Positions 26,060-32,000 of a stretch of 32,000 bases of DNA are shown here, one piece after another. The notes beneath the pieces were generated by a model. That model saw only the letters and a list, made by a program, of their open reading frames with translations. It was not told the DNA's origin and searched no databases. Source of the DNA: Vibrio alginolyticus NBRC 15630 = ATCC 17749 (GTDB taxonomy: Bacteria; Pseudomonadota; Gammaproteobacteria; Enterobacterales; Vibrionaceae); contig NC_022349.1 of the NCBI RefSeq assembly GCF_000354175.2, positions 870,001-902,000 of the forward strand, given 5' to 3'. A program made the translations under genes and the position numbers. Within the stretch, counting starts at the first letter, position 1, and every line of letters starts with the position of its first letter.

Positions 26060-26686
26060 CTAACGATCACTAAATGCCACTTTACTCGCTAGACTGATAA
26101 GTAGAATACCTGAAACACCTTCAAGAGTTCTTGAATAACGCTGAGAGTGTGGACGACTAAATACCCAATTACCCACAGAGGCGTACAAAACGTTACATGT
26201 CGTCGCAAGTACGCTGAACAGCAAGCCAAGTACTAATAATTGCATTGATGTTGAGCTTGCAGACGTATCAATAAATTGAGGCAGAAATGATAGGAAGAAT
26301 AGCGCTACTTTTGGATTCAAGACGCTGACGATAACTCCCTGAACAAACACATTTTTATTATTATCAACATTTTTGTTTTCAACGATTTTACTTTCTCCAC
26401 GCCACATGGACAGTAATGACTGAACACCTAAATAAACTAGGTAAGCGGCCCCTAACCATTTAACAACGCTAAAAGCCAAAGATGAACTCAGAATTATTGC
26501 TGACAAACCTAAACATGCCGCTAGTGTATGAAAAAAGTAACCTACACCAAGCCCCAGAGCCGCTTTCAGCCCAGCAGATAATTTACCTTTCATCGTATTG
26601 GAAACAATATAAATTACATCAGGTCCAGGAATCATGTTGATAGCGAGACAAGCGACAACAAATAATAATAGTGAGTTTGAATCCAT
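26060..26686 (-). CDS. LysE/RhtB-family amino-acid exporter
   Basis: The track start 26698 is TTG. ATG 26686 has GGAGA 5 nt upstream. It has an N-terminal ..MIPGPDVIYI motif and about six TMs. Confidence 0.85.
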   Translation of the reverse strand: MDSNSLLLFVVACLAINMIPGPDVIYIVSNTMKGKLSAGLKAALGLGVGYFFHTLAACLGLSAIILSSSLAFSVVKWLGAAYLVYLGVQSLLSMWRGESKIVENKNVDNNKNVFVQGVIVSVLNPKVALFFLSFLPQFIDTSASSTSMQLLVLGLLFSVLATTCNVLYASVGNWVFSRPHSQRYSRTLEGVSGILLISLASKVAFSDR

Positions 26687-27013
26687 TCTTTTCTCCAAAT
26701 TAACGTCTTGCGGGATAACATTTCATCGAACTACAAGTAATGCAACGTCCAGGTTTCAATTGGTTATATTTAGTATTAACAACACGTTACTAATACTACA
26801 GCACTGCGCGAAGAGCACAATCATGAACAGTGATACGAATTAAATTATGGGCCTTTGTTAGCCCTTTGAATGATAATATTTAGCATCGTTTGGTTGTAAG
26901 CTTTTTCTAGCCAGCAGCTCTTATGGAAGTTAACAAATCGGCTACTTAGTATACTTAATAGACCGTCAAATCAGATAGATTATCTATTCTTATTTCTTCA
27001 AGCCTTTTTTGCT

Positions 27014-27640
27014 TCATTTTCCTGCCTCACTAAGCAGCAACTTAATACTTGCCACACCAAAAAATAACGCGAACACGCCTTCAAAAACTGCTTTGGATCT
27101 GAGATAGGTTTGCCTGACCTTTTTATACGCGAAAAGAAAAGCATAGCCAAAGAAAACCAAAGCACTAACCAGCCCTACAACAAAAATGACCGACAACAAT
27201 TCCAACGGACTGGCCGTAGGAGGAACCCCTATCGAATAAAGCGCACCAAAAAACAGAATAGCTTTTGGGTTAGTTAAGTGAATTAACACTCCGGTTAAGT
27301 AGTTACCCTTCTCTGTCGTTACGTATGTTTTGGGTAACTTTAGCTGCTCGATGTTGCAGGCAGAATGTACGGACTTTAAAGCCAAAAATAAAAGATAAAA
27401 TGCCCCACAATATCTAAGAATTTCAAAAAGCCAAACATTGCTATAGAGTATGGTTGCGAGACCAAAAGCGGCTGAGGTTGACCAAAATAAAGACCCCGTT
27501 AAAACACCTGCAGCCAAATACCCTCCAAAGCGTCGACCGTGGTTCATTGACGTGCCTGCTATCGCAAGAGTTGCAGGTCCGGGGCTAGCGATGGCAGCGA
27601 TAGCTGATACGACAATCAGTGAATAATTTATCTCTTCCAT
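27014..27640 (-). CDS. LysE/RhtB-family exporter, second and divergent copy
   Basis: 208 aa with ..SPGPATLAIAG near the N-terminus and a polytopic profile. Confidence 0.85.
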   Translation of the reverse strand: MEEINYSLIVVSAIAAIASPGPATLAIAGTSMNHGRRFGGYLAAGVLTGSLFWSTSAAFGLATILYSNVWLFEILRYCGAFYLLFLALKSVHSACNIEQLKLPKTYVTTEKGNYLTGVLIHLTNPKAILFFGALYSIGVPPTASPLELLSVIFVVGLVSALVFFGYAFLFAYKKVRQTYLRSKAVFEGVFALFFGVASIKLLLSEAGK

Positions 27641-27769
27641 TTTTACTCTAAGCCTCCAAGTGGAGTTTTATCAACACTTATCGCGGAATACTCTATTGAA
27701 CGTACATCAGAAGCGTAATACTGATTAAAACACCAAGTGTCACGAATCGAGTTGAGATTCTTTGGTATT

Positions 27770-28123
27770 TTACTGCTCCAAAATAACATCAAATCCGCCA
27801 TAAATGAGACGCTTTCCATCAAAGGGCATTGGGTTATTGTCTGGACTCATTCGAGGATCACCCATGATCCGCTGCCACCCTGAGTCCCGAACTTCTTTTG
27901 AAGGCCAGACTACCCACGAAAACACAACGGTTTCGTTGCTTTCAGCGTTAACTGCCATGGGAAATGATGTGATCTCACCATCTGGTACTTCACTCCCCCA
28001 CGTCTCAACAACCTTTAAGGCCCCAAACTCCCTGAACATTTCTGCTGCTATTTTTGCGTGTGCGATATACTTTTCTTTATTCGCTGTCGGCACTGCAGCG
28101 ACAAACCCATCAATGTATGACAT
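27770..28123 (-). CDS. DUF1428 (YbaA-like) protein
   Basis: The track start 28186 is TTG. ATG 28123 has an AAGGAG Shine-Dalgarno sequence. MSYIDGFVAAVPTANKEKY..FGALKVVE..FSWVVWPSKEVRD is typical of DUF1428. 117 aa. Confidence 0.75.
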   Translation of the reverse strand: MSYIDGFVAAVPTANKEKYIAHAKIAAEMFREFGALKVVETWGSEVPDGEITSFPMAVNAESNETVVFSWVVWPSKEVRDSGWQRIMGDPRMSPDNNPMPFDGKRLIYGGFDVILEQ

Positions 28124-28220
28124 AAGTAAACTCCTTTCATTGGAGTTATAACCATAGCTCAATAAAAAGAATGCACATGATGCCAAACCATAGAAGCAGG
28201 TACGTAATACAGCTTGAGAG

Positions 28221-28826
28221 CTACATTCCTAGCTTGGACTTTATATGCATATTTGAAAGGTATGTGTTTGGATCAAGCTTGGTTAGCATATTTATAATCT
28301 CCAAAACACTCGAATACTCAATACGTTCCTCTTCAGCATGCCCGATCCCACCTATTGTAAAGTGAGTAAAGCGGTAATCACGATAAACGTTTTGCAGCTG
28401 GCTAGAAATATCTTTGAGTAATCTTTTACTGAGGGCGAATGCAGGGTATTCACTACTTTCTGAAAGCTCTGCTGTAGAGCCAATAGATACAATATTGCAT
28501 TTATCGTTAAGTGAACCTAAAGCGTTAAGCTCATTGACTAAATTAAGATACCCAATCGGGCCAACATTCATAAACTCAATCAGTTCGTTTGTTGTCAATT
28601 CTGAAGACTCTCCCCACATGGACGCCAAATAAACTATGATGTCAAACTCTACACCTTTGAAGCACGTATAATCTGGCTTTTTACCGGGATCAACGTCAAT
28701 ACAAGCAGAAGCGACTCCCTCCTCAACTAGCTTTGATCTAGAAATCGCATAAATTTCTGTACCCTGTAAGTTCGTAGCCAAGAACCTTCCTAGACCCTTA
28801 CTACCTCCAACGATTAAAATCTGCAT
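28221..28826 (-). CDS. atypical short-chain dehydrogenase/Rossmann-fold NAD(P)-binding protein
   Basis: 201 aa. N-terminal MQILIVGGSKGLGRFLA (Gly-rich dinucleotide motif). The expected YxxxK region reads YPAFALSK, so it is atypical. Confidence 0.6.
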   Translation of the reverse strand: MQILIVGGSKGLGRFLATNLQGTEIYAISRSKLVEEGVASACIDVDPGKKPDYTCFKGVEFDIIVYLASMWGESSELTTNELIEFMNVGPIGYLNLVNELNALGSLNDKCNIVSIGSTAELSESSEYPAFALSKRLLKDISSQLQNVYRDYRFTHFTIGGIGHAEEERIEYSSVLEIINMLTKLDPNTYLSNMHIKSKLGM

Positions 28827-28907
28827 AACCCTATTCCTTGGTTAAGGTTGTCTTTCATATTGTCCGCCAAACTGTTCATTAGGCATCACTTTAACGTTTC
28901 TATTGCC

Positions 28908-29204
28908 CTACTTAGTTCTATCTTCAATTTCATCGAATGGTTCAACTGAAATACGCTCTGCAATTTCACTCATCTTCTTCATTTTTTCTGGGTTACTAGT
29001 TCCCCAAAACAGCTCCCAGTCTTCACGTGTTCGCCACTTGGCAATAGTTAAAACCTTTTCCGGTACATCGTAAGAACGAAGCATAAAACTACCAAGCGCC
29101 CCTTCTACTGACTGATGAATTGAATCTGTCGTCGAACGCCATATATTTTGAAACTCATCCATTTTTTCACTTGGCACACGCCATTCATACACAACTCTAA
29201 ACAT
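28908..29204 (-). CDS. ABM-domain (antibiotic-biosynthesis-monooxygenase-like) protein
   Basis: The track start 29255 is GTG. ATG 29204 has a GGAAG Shine-Dalgarno sequence. 98 aa with a ferredoxin-like ABM pattern (MFRVVYEWRV..LTIAKWRTREDWELFW). Confidence 0.55.
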   Translation of the reverse strand: MFRVVYEWRVPSEKMDEFQNIWRSTTDSIHQSVEGALGSFMLRSYDVPEKVLTIAKWRTREDWELFWGTSNPEKMKKMSEIAERISVEPFDEIEDRTK

Positions 29205-29347
29205 AACACTTCCATTAAAATTTCTAGATTTAATACGGCAAAGTATTAAGAACACTAAGCCAGGTGAATAGCTGAATAAAGCAACATAGTAGAGCGTAGA
29301 GCAACATGAAAAGCAAAGTGTAAACGCTCTAAATCACTCCGATTCGA

Positions 29348-29635
29348 TTAGTCATGCACACATTCAAAGATTTCGTATTGCCGTTTAACATTGGCTGTTA
29401 CTTTTCCCCAATGTGAGGCTTGAACTCTTTCCTGATGTTGCTTAAAAGAGGCTTTGTCGACGAACTCCTCATAGACATCAAAACGAAACGGATTAGTAGA
29501 GCTTTGAGTCACAAGAAAAGTAAGGCAGCCCGGCTCTTCTAACGTGAGCCTTTTGTGAATTATTAACGCATGTTTTACTAATTCTAAATCCTTTTCCGGA
29601 ACTAAAATAAAGCCTTTCAATGTTACTTTCGACAT
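29348..29635 (-). CDS. ABM-domain putative quinol monooxygenase (YgiN-like)
   Basis: 95 aa. ..EPGCLTFLVTQSSTNPFRFDVYEEFVDKASFKQHQ.. matches the ABM family pattern. GAGAGGA Shine-Dalgarno sequence. Confidence 0.7.
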   Translation of the reverse strand: MSKVTLKGFILVPEKDLELVKHALIIHKRLTLEEPGCLTFLVTQSSTNPFRFDVYEEFVDKASFKQHQERVQASHWGKVTANVKRQYEIFECVHD

Positions 29636-29763
29636 ATCATCCTCTCGCCCCTGTTAAGAAGTAGCCAACACGCCCTCAATCTCAACCATCATATCGCAAA
29701 TGTGAATCTCACCATGAATTAAAATGCCACGTGTTAGGAATCTATTTCTAATGCCCTATCGAC

Positions 29764-30405
29764 CTACGAGCATAAGGTTATCTCTACCCTTTCTTTGCCT
29801 TTACCGATGTTCTTGCGTTTTAATTGAATTTGGCCGACTTCTGATGTGCGCTTTAAATGAGTGCCACCGCAAGGTACTTGCGCAAACCCGTCCACTCTCC
29901 AATACCTTCTTTCACTCTCTTGATCGGAAAAGTCACTAATAATAACTGAATCAGAGTTAATCAAATCTTGCACATCAGTTTCAATTTCTTTCAATAGCGG
30001 GCCAATATTTTCTGACCACTCGAAATCTATGCGACTCTTATTTTCAGAAATATGCGCGCCTATCTTAACAATGCCTTCCCGGCGCTGATAAAACATCTCA
30101 AGCACCACTTCAGCCGCAAAGTGTAGCTTCATTAAGGCGTATCTACGCTTCCAATCAATATTCGTAGTTACAATGTCACCAAGAGTAAAATTTGGAGAGG
30201 ATTCCAATGTGTAAATAAGTCGAACACCTAACTTTTGAGCAATCAAAACCGGAATACCATTAATCGTTCCTTCATCACTCTCTTGGCCTCCAGACTCTGC
30301 AAAGAAGATAGTCTGGTCCAATTCAACCTTATTTCCGTCTACATTGGTCACTCTTGAGTTAAGTTCTGTTTGGTAGGGATTAACCCAAAATAATTTCTCG
30401 CTCAT
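29764..30405 (-). CDS. stand-alone AlaX-like (Ala/Thr-tRNA synthetase editing-domain) protein
   Basis: The track start 30459 is TTG. ATG 30405 has an AAGGA Shine-Dalgarno sequence. N-terminal barrel motif LDQTIFFAESGGQESDEGTI and second zinc motif PCGGTH. The first motif reads HFAAE. Confidence 0.75.
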   Translation of the reverse strand: MSEKLFWVNPYQTELNSRVTNVDGNKVELDQTIFFAESGGQESDEGTINGIPVLIAQKLGVRLIYTLESSPNFTLGDIVTTNIDWKRRYALMKLHFAAEVVLEMFYQRREGIVKIGAHISENKSRIDFEWSENIGPLLKEIETDVQDLINSDSVIISDFSDQESERRYWRVDGFAQVPCGGTHLKRTSEVGQIQLKRKNIGKGKERVEITLCS

Positions 30406-30547
30406 GCTGCTATCCTTGCAGTAAGTCCTATCCTTGATAGTACATTTAGTGACCACCAAGTCAATTCAAGAAACCTCGCCGTCAAGTGTAAGGCTGTGTA
30501 TTGAGTACGAGCAGGCTAGATCTATTAGATGCTTTTAAGGCCGGGTA

Positions 30548-31093
30548 CTAAACGCTGTCCAGGGGTTTAGCTAACAACCCGTAAATTGCTGAATCTGAGA
30601 CTACTCCATTCACTTCCCAACGCTGCCTTAGGAAACCTTCCTTTATAAAACCTAACCGTTCCAAGACTTTACCTGAAGAAGCATTGTCTGGATCTATCTC
30701 AGCCTCGATTCGACGTAGATTCAGTGTTTTGAATGCGTGTTCGATTAATGCAGTTCCCGCCTCTAATACAATGCCTTTACCCCAGAAATGACGACTAACG
30801 CCAAAGCCAATTTCTGCGCGCCTAGACTCTTTCACGTGATTAAACAGCATTATCTTACCCAGAAGTTGGCCATTGCTCTTTAGGAAGATGCCTAGTGTCA
30901 CTTCTGTATTGCTATTCATGGCCTGTGTACTCTTGGCTATAAATGTCCGCGCTTCTTCAATTGAAACCCAAGGGCCAGTGTTCCAATATTTCATGACCTC
31001 ATGGTCTGAGAAGATATCAAACAATTCGCTTGCATCATGTTCAACTAGCTCTCTTAGAATTAATCGTTCCGTTTCAATCTTTGTTACTAACAT
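30548..31093 (-). CDS. GNAT-family N-acetyltransferase (RimJ/RimL-like)
   Basis: 181 aa. TERLILREL.. N-terminus, acetyl-CoA region RHFWGKGIVLEAGTALIEHAF, and C-terminal NASSGKVLERLGFIKEG. Confidence 0.85.
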   Translation of the reverse strand: MLVTKIETERLILRELVEHDASELFDIFSDHEVMKYWNTGPWVSIEEARTFIAKSTQAMNSNTEVTLGIFLKSNGQLLGKIMLFNHVKESRRAEIGFGVSRHFWGKGIVLEAGTALIEHAFKTLNLRRIEAEIDPDNASSGKVLERLGFIKEGFLRQRWEVNGVVSDSAIYGLLAKPLDSV

Positions 31094-31346
31094 TTAGGAG
31101 TCAGCCTTTTGGTTTGTTATTGGTGACGAAAATCCAATAAAAGTGTGAGACACGTAATACAAATGATTTCGTGTGAGACTTTTAAACAAGCTCAACGCAC
31201 GGTAAAAGCGCCACGTGTAACGACTCTATATTGAAGCAAATTTTAGACATTCAAGTGCGTCAACAAGTAACCGTTGAACGCATCAAAGCTAGGGGTGAGT
31301 TGATCATAAATCCTAAACTCAGGCTCAAAATAGTCCATATACTTTA

Positions 31347-31910
31347 TTATCGCTTAGTGACGATTTCCTTCAGTACTCTGGCTGGGTTACCACCAACAAC
31401 GACATTGTCTCCAAAACTCTTTGTAACGACTGCGCCAGAGGCTACTACCACGTTGTTCCCAAGTGTTACGCCAGGGTTGATTACGGCATGGCCACCTATC
31501 CAACAATTGTCACCAATGTTTATGGGCTTTGCTAGCTCTAAACCACTGTTCCTCTCGATAGGCTCTAAGGGATGAGTCGCAGTATAAATGCCAACTTGCG
31601 GCCCAAGTAAACAGTTATCACCAAACTTAACTTCCGCAACATCCAAAATCACACAACCAAAATTAGCGTAGAAATTATCTCCAACGTGAATGTTGGATCC
31701 GTAGTCGCAATTGAAAGAAGATTCAACATGAATATCGTCACCTGTTGTGCCGAACAAGTGCTTAGTTATTTCAACTCGCTTTTGTTTATGCTCAACAGAG
31801 GTCGCATTCAATTTTTCAGTTAGTAACCTAGCGCTCAACCTTAACTTTAACAACTCTTCATCACTTGGGTCATAAAGCTCACCTGCTAACATTTTCTCTT
31901 TTTCTGACAT
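31347..31910 (-). CDS. maa: maltose O-acetyltransferase (hexapeptide-repeat, Maa/LacA family)
   Basis: 187 aa, near-collinear with E. coli Maa as I recall it (EKEKM.AGELY; CDYG.NI..G.NF.ANF.CV.LDV; IYTATHP; WIGG.AVINPGVT.G.NVVVASGAVVTK...DNVVVGGNPAR). Confidence 0.85.
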   Translation of the reverse strand: MSEKEKMLAGELYDPSDEELLKLRLSARLLTEKLNATSVEHKQKRVEITKHLFGTTGDDIHVESSFNCDYGSNIHVGDNFYANFGCVILDVAEVKFGDNCLLGPQVGIYTATHPLEPIERNSGLELAKPINIGDNCWIGGHAVINPGVTLGNNVVVASGAVVTKSFGDNVVVGGNPARVLKEIVTKR

Positions 31911-32000
31911 AAAACTTGGACTCCAATACCAATTTTCTTACAACGCTACATTCAGTACGTGAGTAACGCTACCACCTAAGCAAGGCTGCTCCACCACGAA

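Noticed and set aside
27804-28151. 115-aa plus-strand ORF
   Set aside because: Shadow ORF antisense to the DUF1428 gene.
31231-31575. 114-aa plus-strand ORF
   Set aside because: It is mostly antisense to maa. Its repetitive Thr/Pro-rich translation mirrors the hexapeptide repeats of the real gene.
25426-32000. Chromosomal (super)integron cassette array
   Set aside because: The gene content and uniform orientation fit. However, the ten spacers share no common ~60-130-bp attC-like repeat. I found only isolated weak GTTRRR-like strings (for example 29733-29739) without a paired R''/L'' structure. Several spacers are only 35-93 bp and contain ordinary Shine-Dalgarno sequences. No intI is present in the window. 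The region is kept only as a composition/accessory-region finding.
1-32000. tRNA, rRNA, CRISPR array, IS/transposase, prophage or defence-system genes
   Set aside because: Visual scanning of the intergenic regions and the ORF list found none of the following: a cloverleaf-like GTTCGAATC T-arm context, regularly spaced direct repeats, a transposase/integrase/nuclease-helicase-type ORF, or terminal inverted repeats flanking a block.

Overview
The window reads as a Vibrionaceae-like gammaproteobacterial chromosome. That assignment is inferred from gene content and my recall of E. coli homologues; no database was searched. I support about 30 protein genes. I recognised no rRNA, tRNA, CRISPR array, IS element or integrase.

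Gene order, left to right:
- a DcuS/CitA-type sensor kinase running off the left edge (1-1606, minus)
- an 830-bp gene-poor regulatory gap
- a tolC-hlyD-ABC2-ABC2 efflux operon with no ATPase gene (2441-7177)
- a LysR regulator
- a patatin-like lipoprotein phospholipase co-transcribed with a small secreted protein
- aspT-asdA (aspartate:alanine antiporter plus aspartate 4-decarboxylase) followed by pdxY
- an aaeX-aaeA-FUSC efflux operon
- an envelope/lipid block (17.9-25.1 kb): an uncharacterised two-domain outer-membrane protein, a carboxylesterase-fold lipoprotein lacking both the catalytic Ser and His, a phospholipase D lipoprotein, and a TamA-like Omp85 protein with no tamB
- a visibly AT-richer run of ten small unrelated same-strand genes (25.4-32 kb), cassette-like but without recognisable attC sites

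A roughly 40-bp imperfect palindrome (arm consensus ATCCTACAAAnGCGATTAT) recurs in five intergenic regions.

The best candidates for something undescribed are the pseudo-esterase/OMP/PLD/orphan-TamA block, the ATPase-less ABC-2 efflux operon and the palindromic repeat family.

Several ORF-track starts are TTG or GTG extensions. I re-called these to downstream ATG or GTG codons that have Shine-Dalgarno support.
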